Source: Gammaproteobacteria bacterium (GTDB taxonomy: Bacteria > Pseudomonadota > Gammaproteobacteria > GCA-001735895). Taken from it: a stretch of DNA of 64,000 nucleotides. The notes beneath the pieces were generated by a model. The model was given only the letters and a program-made list of their open reading frames with translations. It was not told the origin of the DNA and made no database searches. Every line of letters begins with the position of its first letter. Position 1 is the stretch's first letter. Of the stretch, positions 29,192 to 38,418 are shown piece after piece. The DNA lies in the NCBI GenBank assembly GCA_041688005.1, contig JBDNJA010000134.1, positions 79 through 64,078 of the forward strand, given 5' to 3'. The position numbers and the translations under genes were made by a program.

Positions 29192-30076
29192 ATGCGATTG
29201 TTTCTAGTCGACTCCAATATCTATATTTATAAGGCCTGGTTTGGCGCAAAACACGAGCTGCTAAATACCGATCAACAGCCGAATCAAGCTTTTATTGGGT
29301 TCACCGATTTTGTCTATCGCCTATTAACCGAATCAGCCCCACAAAAGCTCGTATTTGCCTTTGATCATGGTGGAAAACAATCTAAACGCAAAACACTTTA
29401 TAGTGAATACAAGGCCAATCGGAACCCAACACCGGTTAATTTGAGACGACAGTTTGAGTGGTGCCAACAATGGGTCGAGCAACTGGGAATATCCAAAGTC
29501 AGCGATCCTGAATGGGAAGCCGACGACTTAATTGGCACACTCACTCAGCTGCACCGTTCGCCAGAGCTACCAATAGTCATCCTCAGTGCCGATAAAGATT
29601 TAACCCAGCTGGTACGCGAGGGTGATATCTGTTGGACATTTCTCGATGACAAAAAACTTGATTACAACGCCATCAAGAAAAAGTTCAAGGTAAAGCCAGA
29701 ACAAATCGCGGATCAATTGGCGCTCACCGGTGACAAGGTTGATAACATTCCTGGCATTCCTCTCGTCGGGCTAAAGACAGCCGCCAACCTGTTAAGAAAA
29801 TATGGCGATTTGAAGACACTAAGGGCCAACCTGCATGAAGTCGGCAAAATGAAATTTCGATATGCAGCCCAGGTTCAGCGCTCGCTCATCGACAATGAAT
29901 CAATACTCGACATCTCCAGTGTGTTAACACAGATCAACTGTCACATTGAGTCGATGCGAGAGATATCAATATCACGCCGCCCCGCCAATACTGAACAGTT
30001 ACAAAAAATGATGGATTTTCATCAAATGGATTCTGCCCGTTCCGACAAGTGGCAAACTTACCTACAAACCAACTGA
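29192..30076 (+). CDS. xni: 5'-3' exonuclease / flap endonuclease (ExoIX-like)
   Basis: 294 aa with a PIN-like 5'-nuclease N-domain (LFLVDSNIYIYKAWF..., FDHGGKQSKRKTLYSEYKANR, EADDLIGT, SADKDLTQL) and an H3TH region (ALTGDKVDNIPGIPLVGLKTAANLL). Confidence 0.8.
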   Translation: MRLFLVDSNIYIYKAWFGAKHELLNTDQQPNQAFIGFTDFVYRLLTESAPQKLVFAFDHGGKQSKRKTLYSEYKANRNPTPVNLRRQFEWCQQWVEQLGISKVSDPEWEADDLIGTLTQLHRSPELPIVILSADKDLTQLVREGDICWTFLDDKKLDYNAIKKKFKVKPEQIADQLALTGDKVDNIPGIPLVGLKTAANLLRKYGDLKTLRANLHEVGKMKFRYAAQVQRSLIDNESILDISSVLTQINCHIESMREISISRRPANTEQLQKMMDFHQMDSARSDKWQTYLQTN

Positions 30077-30095
30077 GCAGCCTACCGACTAAGCC

Positions 30096-30638
30096 ATGGC
30101 CACTGTTATATTATTCAACAAACCTTTCCTGGTGCTGAGTCAGTTTTCTGAATCGGGCGACAAAAAGACACTTGCCGATTACATCGACATCCCAAAAGTC
30201 TATCCCGCTGGCAGGCTCGACTACGATAGCGAAGGATTGATGATATTGACCGACGATGGACAGCTACAAGCGCGCATTGCCAATCCCGATCACAAGCAAT
30301 CCAAGTGCTATCTCGCTCAAGTTGAGAATATTCCCGAGCGAAAGGCACTGCTCAGCCTAAGCCGAGGTTTAAAACTAAAAGACGGCATGACCCGCCCAGC
30401 AAGCGCAAAATTAATCGAACAACCTGACTGGCTGTGGCCACGTGACCCCGCCATTCGACAGCGAAAGGAGATTCCGACACAATGGCTGCAGCTTGAAATT
30501 AGAGAGGGCAAAAAACGACAGGTGCGCAGAATGACCGCCGCCGTCGGCCATCCAACTTTACGTTTAATTCGCACTCAGGTAGCCGATTGGTCGTTAGACG
30601 GTCTTCTTCCAGGAGAATATCGACAGTTTTCAATATAG
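30096..30638 (+). CDS. rluE: 23S rRNA pseudouridine synthase E (RsuA/RluE family)
   Basis: 180 aa. ILFNKPFLVLSQF...YPAGRLDYDSEGLMILTDDG...KCYLAQVE...EGKKRQVRRM are RluE-type motifs with no S4 domain. Confidence 0.85.
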   Translation: MATVILFNKPFLVLSQFSESGDKKTLADYIDIPKVYPAGRLDYDSEGLMILTDDGQLQARIANPDHKQSKCYLAQVENIPERKALLSLSRGLKLKDGMTRPASAKLIEQPDWLWPRDPAIRQRKEIPTQWLQLEIREGKKRQVRRMTAAVGHPTLRLIRTQVADWSLDGLLPGEYRQFSI

Positions 30639-30652
30639 AGGAGATCAATACC

Positions 30653-31606
30653 ATGACCAAAAAATTCAATCAACCGTTAGGTGGCAACGATATGCCACGT
30701 TTTGGCGGTATCGCCACCATGATGCGATTACCCCACGTACCCGATGCACAGGGTCTTGATGTTGCTTTTGTTGGCGTACCTTTTGACATCGGCACATCAA
30801 ACCGCTCAGGCGCCAGGTTTGGCCCTCGCCAAATTCGCAGCGAATCCTGTTTAATCCGCCCCTACAACATGGCAACCCGGGCCGCGCCGTTTGATTCACT
30901 GCAGGTGGCCGATATCGGTGACGTTGCCATTAATACTTTCAATATAGAAAAGTCGATGGGAATTATCGAAACAGCCTACGACAACATCTTGGCCCAGAAT
31001 TGCAAATCCCTCACTATGGGCGGTGATCATACAATTGCATTACCCATTCTGCGCTCAATCGCCAAAAAGTATGGCCCAGTCGGAATCGTCCACGTCGATG
31101 CCCACGCCGACATTAACGACACCATGTTCGGCGAGCGAATCGCACACGGCACACCATTTAGACGGGCCATCGAAGAAAACCTGGTGGACCCTAAACGTAT
31201 GGTACAAATTGGCTTACGCGCTACTGGCTACGAAGCCGACGATTTTGACTGGCCACGCAAGCAGGGCGTGCGAGTCGTCCCAGCTGAAGACTGCTGGTAT
31301 CAATCGCTCAAACCACTAATGGTCGAAGTACGCGAGCAACTCGGTAAAGGTCCCGTCTACATCACCTTTGATATTGATGGGCTTGATCCAGCTTACGCCG
31401 CTGGCACAGGCACGCCCGAAATTGGTGGTCTATCGATTCACCAGGGTTTGGAAATTATTCGTGGTTGTCGTGGACTTGACGTCGTGGGTGGCGATTTAGT
31501 TGAAGTCGCACCAGCGTATGATACGACGGGAAATACAGCACTGACAGCGGCTAATTTGTTATTTGAGATGCTTTGTGTGTTTCCAGGTGTGGATTATCGG
31601 GCTTAA
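30653..31606 (+). CDS. Agmatinase-family ureohydrolase (agmatinase / guanidino-acid hydrolase)
   Basis: Track ORF starts at 30587; the preferred start is the ATG at 30653 (MTKKFNQPLGGNDMPRFGGIATMMRLPH). Mn-binding motifs GGDHTIALP, HVDAHADIND, FDIDGLDP and EVAPAYD are present. Substrate cannot be decided from sequence alone. Confidence 0.85.
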   Translation: MTKKFNQPLGGNDMPRFGGIATMMRLPHVPDAQGLDVAFVGVPFDIGTSNRSGARFGPRQIRSESCLIRPYNMATRAAPFDSLQVADIGDVAINTFNIEKSMGIIETAYDNILAQNCKSLTMGGDHTIALPILRSIAKKYGPVGIVHVDAHADINDTMFGERIAHGTPFRRAIEENLVDPKRMVQIGLRATGYEADDFDWPRKQGVRVVPAEDCWYQSLKPLMVEVREQLGKGPVYITFDIDGLDPAYAAGTGTPEIGGLSIHQGLEIIRGCRGLDVVGGDLVEVAPAYDTTGNTALTAANLLFEMLCVFPGVDYRA

Positions 31607-31761
31607 AGCTATGCCGTTATTCCAACTGTTAGGAGCCTGATTTGAGCCGCTCCAATAATCACTATTTTTAGAGTGACCCTGGTGCGTGAAATGACTTAAC
31701 CTTTGACATCTTCGATCGCATGACAATACAGCTATCAATAACCCACCAATCTTCATTACGG

Positions 31762-32306
31762 TTAGGCTTTAAAAGCACTAATTTGCCTGCGTAAGGCGTC
31801 TGCCTTCTGGTCCAGCTGTGTCGCGGCATCAAAAGCCTGATTACATCGGCCAACCGCCTGATAAGTGCCCTGCTTCATTTGCGCACCGTTGGCGACCATG
31901 CTGCTTGTCGCCTGTGATTGCTGGTTTGTGCTGTCTGAAATTGAGCGAATAATCGCGATCACTTCCTCTGATCTAGCAATGATGTTTTTCAGCATTTCTC
32001 CGGACAAACAATATATCTGGATAACCAAAGTGCCAACGCAGAAACCAGAATAGAACCGATAAACAGGTCGAATGCTAACCAGCCAAGTATGGCCAACATG
32101 GCGCAATCGATATTTTCACTGCCACTTAGGCTAGACAGGTAAAGAGATTCGTCGACCACTTCTTTAGTGACGAATACATCAAGTACGAGACGTATATCAA
32201 CGTAGGCGATATAAGCAACCGAAAAAAGCAGCAGCATTGTTAGGCCAACAAATGAAACAAACAGGGTCGTTGAAAGTGAAGATGTATTTATAAAACCTAT
32301 AACTCA
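31762..32306 (-). pseudogene. Methyl-accepting chemotaxis protein remnant (internal deletion + frameshift)
   Basis: Two short ORFs in different frames. One carries an N-terminal TM pair (…TLFVSFVGLTMLLLFSVAYIAYV…AMLAILGWLAFDLFIGSILVSALALWL, no start codon before the first TM). The other carries only the extreme C-terminal part of an MCP signalling domain (IIRSISDSTNQQSQATSSMVANGAQM...ALRRQISAFKA). HAMP and most of the MA domain are missing. Confidence 0.6.
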
Positions 32307-32528
32307 ACTAATTCTAGTAACTCGATTGCCATCGAGTATAGACGATGGGGACAGAAATGCTTTTGAGAGCAGGGCAGCCATTAAACTACTATTGGTGGTT
32401 ATGTCGGGCAGAGAGCCATTTTGTTAAGGGTTACGGGACAAAATTGAAAATTAGGCGTATCGCTTATGGTCAATTTGAGTGAACAACCTATTGATCACGG
32501 CGAAGACCTGGCATTTCTCTGGCTGATC

Positions 32529-33944
32529 TCAGCGAACGAAACGCCAGGCGAATAAATTTCCCATCAGTGCCAAGGGTACAAATCCTGCAAACAGCCAGAA
32601 AGCGACGTGACGTATTCCGTCGTTATGCATGGTGTCACTCAAGCCAAGACTATTCGCAATAACGCCCGCTATTGCAGCACCAAACGCAAAGCCTGATTGT
32701 AGTGTCATTGGTAACAGTGACGATGTTCGCGTCTTTTCGTCGGCTGAAACATTGGCGATGATTCGTTTGATGATAAACCCCCACATCATGCCAAAACCAG
32801 AACTGCCAATCATGGATGCAATGAAAATCATCCACAATGGCTGCCCTGGAAGCGTTAACGCTATCGCAATCAAGCCGCTGACCACCAGTGCACTACCGAT
32901 GCGAATGAGCATGGGTTCCCTGTGTTCTGCTGTACTCGAGAAAATGATGGCTGAGCAACTCCAGGCCAGGGTTTCCTCCATGATGATTAATCCGGCGATA
33001 AAAGGGGTAACGCCATGTAATTTGATGAGTATGGTCGGCCCGTAAATCACGAAAGACATAATGCAAAGACACAGCAGAAATATCGTCAATACACCGTTAC
33101 CGATCGGGTGATTTAAGTTAGTCACATCCTTCGGTAGAATTCGACTGGATAATGCGGCGCGATCTCGGAAAACAAACATAACCATTGCGATGCCTCCCAA
33201 TAGAACCAGTAAAGGTGAGACGACTGGATCATATTCGGCGCCTGCCAGTGACACTAAAACAATGGCCGACGCCAGAATAGCCAGGCGAACGATGGGAATG
33301 CGCCCTGATTTCGGCGCTAGCATCTTGGCTTCTTTCGGTAGCAGTAAACTAATCGCGACGATTAACAATAAAGCCTGCGCACCAAATGCCCAATAAGCCA
33401 TTCGCCAGACGCCCCAGGTGGCGAAGGCACCACCTATCATCGGCCCACAAAATGCCGCCATCATCCAGGTGACCGATAGGCAGGCTATTATCTTCGGTAC
33501 AAACCGATGCGGAAAAAACCGGTCCTGGGCAATATAAACAAGCCCCATTAATCCACCGCCACCCAGACCCTGTAAAATACGCCCGACTAATACCACGGGC
33601 ATGTTAGGGGCTAACGCTACGACGACGCAACCAAAGGCATAAATTAGCGCCGAGCGAATCATCGTAGTGCGAATGTCTGATTTAACCACCAATAGGCCGA
33701 CACTCGCGCCAGCAACAATCGAACCGACCAGGTAAAGTGAGAAGGTCCAGTGCAGCAGGTTTAGACCACCGATTTCAACGACGGCGCTTGGCATCGTTGT
33801 CGCTGTCAACATCGAGTTGGATGCATGCAACCAAACAGCCAGAACCAGGGTGGCAATTTTTGCAGCATATTCTCGGGTTAGTACATCACCCCAACCGGTC
33901 ATTGCTTGTGTGGGCTGGCTCATCGAATGATTCAAACAGTTCAA
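32529..33944 (-). CDS. MFS transporter (14-TM, DHA2/EmrB-like)
   Basis: 471 aa, ~14 hydrophobic segments. The GRILQGLGGGGLM motif is typical of DHA2 drug/H+ antiporters. Confidence 0.85.
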   Translation of the reverse strand: MNCLNHSMSQPTQAMTGWGDVLTREYAAKIATLVLAVWLHASNSMLTATTMPSAVVEIGGLNLLHWTFSLYLVGSIVAGASVGLLVVKSDIRTTMIRSALIYAFGCVVVALAPNMPVVLVGRILQGLGGGGLMGLVYIAQDRFFPHRFVPKIIACLSVTWMMAAFCGPMIGGAFATWGVWRMAYWAFGAQALLLIVAISLLLPKEAKMLAPKSGRIPIVRLAILASAIVLVSLAGAEYDPVVSPLLVLLGGIAMVMFVFRDRAALSSRILPKDVTNLNHPIGNGVLTIFLLCLCIMSFVIYGPTILIKLHGVTPFIAGLIIMEETLAWSCSAIIFSSTAEHREPMLIRIGSALVVSGLIAIALTLPGQPLWMIFIASMIGSSGFGMMWGFIIKRIIANVSADEKTRTSSLLPMTLQSGFAFGAAIAGVIANSLGLSDTMHNDGIRHVAFWLFAGFVPLALMGNLFAWRFVR

Positions 33945-34195
33945 AGACTGAATGCTACCAGTGTAAGCATTGTTATGACTATTTTTAACTCAGTATCTGA
34001 CGCTGAAAAATTCAGAAAAATAATTCTCTTGCCTGAGTAGCCACAGATCGATAGAATCGCCATCCGCTCGTAGCGATGGCGTCGCTACACTTAGCGTTAT
34101 CGATGACTGCATTTGCAGTTTTTTGATCCTGCACGCCCGGACCAGCTACCGGGTAAAACACAATTAGGTTACCCGGATATTGTCGGAGTGAACCT

Positions 34196-35428
34196 ATGTC
34201 TCAATCTCAAACACAAAAAGAACGACCCGAGTTTTTTCAACTACACAACGGGTCAAAAGCCAAACTACCTTTCTCTACTACAGAATACGAAAATCGTCTG
34301 CGAAATTTAAGAACGCTGATGAGTCACTCAGGTGTTGAAGCCACTGTACTCACCTCTATGCATAACATTGCCTATTACTCAGGCTTTTTGTATTGCGCAT
34401 TTGGACGTCCTTATGCCTGTGTTGTTACGGCTGATCGCTGCGTCACCATATCGGCTAACATCGATGGTGGACAACCATGGCGTCGTAGCTTTGGCGAAAA
34501 CATTATTTACACCGACTGGAAACGCAATAACTACTGGCGTGCAGTTCAATCCGTTATTCCAAATGCTAAAAGCGTTGGTATCGAAGCCGATCACATGACG
34601 CTCGTCTCACGTGATGTGATGACAAGCATGTTAAGCAATATCCAGTTAAAAGATTTAAATGCTGACATCATGACTTTGCGCATGATCAAGTCTGCCGAAG
34701 AAATCGAACTAATTAAAGGGGGTGCTCGCACTGCTGATATCGGTGGTGAAGCCGTCAAAGCAGCAATAAAGCTGGGCTCACGAGAAATCGACGTTGCCAT
34801 GGCCGGTCGTGACGCGATGGAACTTGAAATTTCCAAGAGCTACCCCGACAGCGAAATACGTGATAGCTGGGTTTGGTTCCAGGCGGGTTTAAATACGGAT
34901 GGTGCGCACAACCCTGTTACAACTGCAAAGTTAGAAATGGGCGATATCTTAAGCCTGAATACCTTCCCAATGATTTCTGGTTATTACACCGCTTTGGAAC
35001 GTACTTTATTCCTCGGCGAGCCTGATGCCGATTCACTACGAGTTTGGCAGGCCAATGTTGATGCACATGAGCTAGGCATTTCATTGATTAAGCCGGGCGT
35101 AACCTGTTCAGGTATTTGTGCAGAGATTAACCGCTTCTTCGAAGATCAGAACCTATTGCAATATCGTTCATTTGGTTATGGTCATTCGTTCGGCGTATTG
35201 TCGCATTACTACGGCCGTGAAGCGGGACTCGAGCTGCGTGAAGATATTGACACAGTACTAGAGCCAGGCATGGTTATTTCAATGGAACCGATGCTGACAT
35301 TGCCATTGGGCACGCCAGGTGCGGGTGGTTATCGTGAGCACGATATTCTGGTTATTGGCGACGATAATAGCGTCGAAAACATCACTCATTTTCCTTATGG
35401 GCCTGAGCATAATATCGTTGCTGCCTAG
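34196..35428 (+). CDS. Creatinase (creatine amidinohydrolase, M24 family)
   Basis: 410 aa. FSTTEYENRLRNLR..., HNIAYYSGFLYCAFGRPYACVVT...ISANIDGGQPWRRSFGENIIYTDWKRNNYW closely parallels Pseudomonas putida creatinase (comparison from memory). C-terminal pita-bread fold. Confidence 0.85.
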   Translation: MSQSQTQKERPEFFQLHNGSKAKLPFSTTEYENRLRNLRTLMSHSGVEATVLTSMHNIAYYSGFLYCAFGRPYACVVTADRCVTISANIDGGQPWRRSFGENIIYTDWKRNNYWRAVQSVIPNAKSVGIEADHMTLVSRDVMTSMLSNIQLKDLNADIMTLRMIKSAEEIELIKGGARTADIGGEAVKAAIKLGSREIDVAMAGRDAMELEISKSYPDSEIRDSWVWFQAGLNTDGAHNPVTTAKLEMGDILSLNTFPMISGYYTALERTLFLGEPDADSLRVWQANVDAHELGISLIKPGVTCSGICAEINRFFEDQNLLQYRSFGYGHSFGVLSHYYGREAGLELREDIDTVLEPGMVISMEPMLTLPLGTPGAGGYREHDILVIGDDNSVENITHFPYGPEHNIVAA

Positions 35429-35463
35429 TAAGCGATTAAGCGGGCAAGCGAGTAAAAAACCTA

Positions 35464-35498
35464 ATCTGATACCTGCCGGGTAAAGCCAGGTATCAGAT
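35464..35498. terminator. Perfect 12-bp stem hairpin between convergent genes (possible bidirectional terminator)
   Basis: atctgatacctg-ccgggtaaagc-caggtatcagat has 12-bp perfect arms and an 11-nt loop. It starts 36 nt after the creatinase stop and ends 47 nt after the minus-strand pseudogene stop. There is no U-tract, so terminator function is uncertain. Confidence 0.45.
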
Positions 35499-35544
35499 CA
35501 GTCTTCCCTCAAAAATCTCCCTTCAATAACCTTTATCTAAAAAA

Positions 35545-36192
35545 CTAATCTGCAGCAAAACAATAAAACTTTCCGGCACCACCTGTTTTGGTTAATGCAG
35601 TTTGACCACATCCTCTAGAAGGATGAGCAGAATTCCACGAAGTATTACCACCACAGTGACGATCATGGTGACCGACCTGTGCACTGCCTTCATCATTACT
35701 AGTCCAGTTGCAGTTGCTACAGGTATGATCTTTCCCATCCGTAAAATAAGGTGTTCCATCCTCTTGAGTGCCAGTCAGTATGTCGTGTTCGTTGGGTTTA
35801 TCACCACGGCCTTTAATACGATTACCTGATTCATCCAGCGCTGTTTCCAGCGTAATGGTTTTGTTATACAGGTGTAAGTCAGTCAGATTAGCCGCAATAA
35901 GAATTCCGTGCGCGTTATACCAGGGCCTTTCGCCGATACGAGACCGGCGAACACACCTCGATTTCCTTCCGTAGCAGTACTCAGGTAAGCCTTCCAGTCA
36001 CGCTCCCCCGCACCGACAGCTGACGCCAGTTTCTCACAGTGGGCATGCCCCTTTAAGGCCACCCAAATTGGCACCGTCTCCCATGCCGTTACTGGTCACA
36101 AAAAAACCCATAGATCGGTCTTCCGCGTGTAACGACAAAGAGCCAAATAATGCGCTGATGCCAAGTAATATGACTAGTAGTCTTGTTTTCAT
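35545..36192 (-). pseudogene. Secreted cysteine-containing protein gene disrupted by two compensating frameshifts
   Basis: Frame 1 from ATG 36192 gives a signal peptide (MKTRLLVILLGISALFGSLSLHA EDRSMGFFVTSNGMGDGANLGGLKG) and then hits TGA. The middle part continues in another frame (LKGHAHCEKLASAVGAGERDWKAYLSTATEGNRGV, track ORF 35883-36074). The last ~135 codons return to frame 1 with no start codon (VRRSRIGERPWYNAHG...CSNCNWTS...VGHHDRHCGGNTSWNSAHPSRGCGQ...GKFYCFAAD*). Confidence 0.6.
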
Positions 36193-36538
36193 AGGTATAC
36201 TTCCATGCATTTATGATTTAAAAAACGCTTTAGTTATTGCCCTTCGAAATAGCGGTCGGCAGCTAACTAATGCCCGCCCCGATAGATATCCCTCAACGAT
36301 TGAAAAAAGAAAGCATCAAAATTACGTTTTATCCGGATACTTTTAGGTGATTAACAAGATGACTCAACATCTGTTTGGCATCCAGCTTCGCACTATCACC
36401 TACTTTTATATTGAAACTATTTTTTGGCCTGTCATCGACTTATCCAAACTCAGTGATCGAAAACTTTCGTCTTATCAGCCAAAAAAAACGGGTATAACGA
36501 TTCCTATATTCGCTGCTAACTGAAACGGAGTTTTCACC

Positions 36539-37777
36539 ATGTTCCGCAACCGTCATCCAGACCTCGTTCGTTACGACCCCGCGCCGGGTGTTAAATCGTT
36601 TGCGATGCTTGCGGCACTAGAGAGTGCGGCAAGAGGGATGTTGGTCTCGGTGTTGCCGATAGCGATGTATCGCGTTTATGCCGATGCAAAGCAGGTATCG
36701 GAAGTTTATTTTCTGATTGGTTTACTGTCGTTTATTACCGCTCTGATTGTGCCCTGGCTTAGTCGGTACATACCTCGGCGATGGCTCTACACTGGCGCAG
36801 TACTGGTTTTCATTATTGGCGCGACCATTGGTGCCCTCGCAGACACATGGGTACTGGCAATCGGCATGGCCTTTATGACCCTGGCAGTGGTCGTAATAAC
36901 GATTTGCATCAACGCCTACTTCATGGATTATGTGAACCGCTCTAAATTGAGCGAAGGCGAAACACTGCGTCTATTTTACAGTGGCGCAGCCTGGTCAATG
37001 GGACCTTTTTTAGGTGTCTGGCTAATGGGCATCTGGAAACCAGCACCCTTCATATTGTCGGCACTGGCTGCCTGTTGCCTGCTGTTTGTATTTTGGAAGT
37101 TGAGACTGGGCAACGGTAAAGCCATTCATAAGGCGAAAACAAAACCACCGAATCCTTTCGCTTTTTTAAATAAATTTCGCAACCAACCCAGGCTGGTTGC
37201 AGGTTGGTCCTTTGCGGTGATGCGCTCTAGTGCCTGGTGGGTGTATGTGGTTTACCTGCCAATCTACGCAATAGAAAATGGTTACAGCGAACAATTAGGC
37301 GGCATCTTGTTATCGGCATCAAATGCGTTTCTATTCTTAACCCCATTGATGCTAAAGGCTATGAAAGGTTATGTGCGTAAGGCGGTCATGTTGGGTTTTA
37401 GTGGTAGCGGTGTCTTCTTTTTGTTGTCGTCACTCGAAATAGCAGACTCGCCATTTGCCATTGGCTCGCTAGTATTTGCCTCACTGTTTTTGATATTACT
37501 CGACATGTGTGGAGGTCTACCCTTCCTGATGGCAGTACGACCTTCCGAACGAACCGAAATGTCGGCGGTGTATTCTACCTATCGTGATGTATCTGGCGTC
37601 ATTACACCCGGTACTGCGAGCCTGCTTTTAATCTTCGCGCCCTTGCATGCGATGTTCAGTTTAACCGCAGTTGGCTTATTCGGCTGTGCGTATCTGGCGA
37701 CAAAACTACATCCTCGTTTGGGGAATAAACGCGAGGCACCGGTTTATACTGGGTTAGAGCTTGAGCCAGAAGAATAG
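36539..37777 (+). CDS. MFS transporter
   Basis: 412 aa, ~12 hydrophobic segments. No substrate-specific motif recognised. Confidence 0.8.
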   Translation: MFRNRHPDLVRYDPAPGVKSFAMLAALESAARGMLVSVLPIAMYRVYADAKQVSEVYFLIGLLSFITALIVPWLSRYIPRRWLYTGAVLVFIIGATIGALADTWVLAIGMAFMTLAVVVITICINAYFMDYVNRSKLSEGETLRLFYSGAAWSMGPFLGVWLMGIWKPAPFILSALAACCLLFVFWKLRLGNGKAIHKAKTKPPNPFAFLNKFRNQPRLVAGWSFAVMRSSAWWVYVVYLPIYAIENGYSEQLGGILLSASNAFLFLTPLMLKAMKGYVRKAVMLGFSGSGVFFLLSSLEIADSPFAIGSLVFASLFLILLDMCGGLPFLMAVRPSERTEMSAVYSTYRDVSGVITPGTASLLLIFAPLHAMFSLTAVGLFGCAYLATKLHPRLGNKREAPVYTGLELEPEE

Positions 37778-37800
37778 TGCCCGATAGAAGGGCTTTGACT

Positions 37801-38031
37801 TCACCGCAACATGACATCCAGCTGATTGACTATCTCAACCCAATCCGCATCTTCGTCTAGCGCCTGTTTTAAAAAAGATGCTTGTGAAGTATTCCAGAAA
37901 CCTGCCTTGTGCAACTCTTTAGTATCCAGCAGCGGGCCATTTTTCTCTATGAAGTTATCGATGCCTTGTTCCGAGCTATCTAGCCCTAATTGATCAAATA
38001 ATGTCACTATAGAATGGATAGGTGTTTCCAT
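37801..38031 (-). CDS. DUF2789-family small protein
   Basis: 76 aa. METPIHSIVTLFDQLGLDSSEQGIDNFIEKNGPL...FWNTSQASFLKQALDEDADW matches my recollection of the DUF2789 family. Confidence 0.65.
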   Translation of the reverse strand: METPIHSIVTLFDQLGLDSSEQGIDNFIEKNGPLLDTKELHKAGFWNTSQASFLKQALDEDADWVEIVNQLDVMLR

Positions 38032-38418
38032 GATTTTCTCCTTAATATCATCGAGTGCTTGATTGAAAGCTTCGGTTTAGGTATTTAAAGTATAACAGGC
38101 TCACATATAACAGAAGCTACCACTACCACTTGTAACTATTTCCAGCCATGAACCCAACAGGTATCATCTTTTAAATCATGCCAATCGATTGGAGTGGCGC
38201 GTTTTGACATAAGCGCCTCAATGCAGCATGAAACGACCTGTCCATCGTCATCAAATTTAATTTCAGATACTACGAAGTGTTTTTCTCTAGGGCCTACGAT
38301 TCAAACGCGCAGAGTGGTAATAGCTTCACAGACTTTCGCATAGGTTACTGACCTTGAAACCGAATAATTCGCAATGCACAATGAACGATGAAAGATTTAA
38401 ACGTTGGAACATAGACTC

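Noticed and set aside
38100-38345. Possible small minus-strand gene or remnant (…SVTYAKVCEAITTLRV*IVGPREKHFVVSEIKFDDDGQVVSCCIEALMSKRATPIDWHDLKDDTCWVHGWK*).
   Set aside because: It has no ATG/GTG start in a sensible position and an in-frame TGA, and I recognise no family. It may be one more fossil, but the evidence is too thin to annotate.
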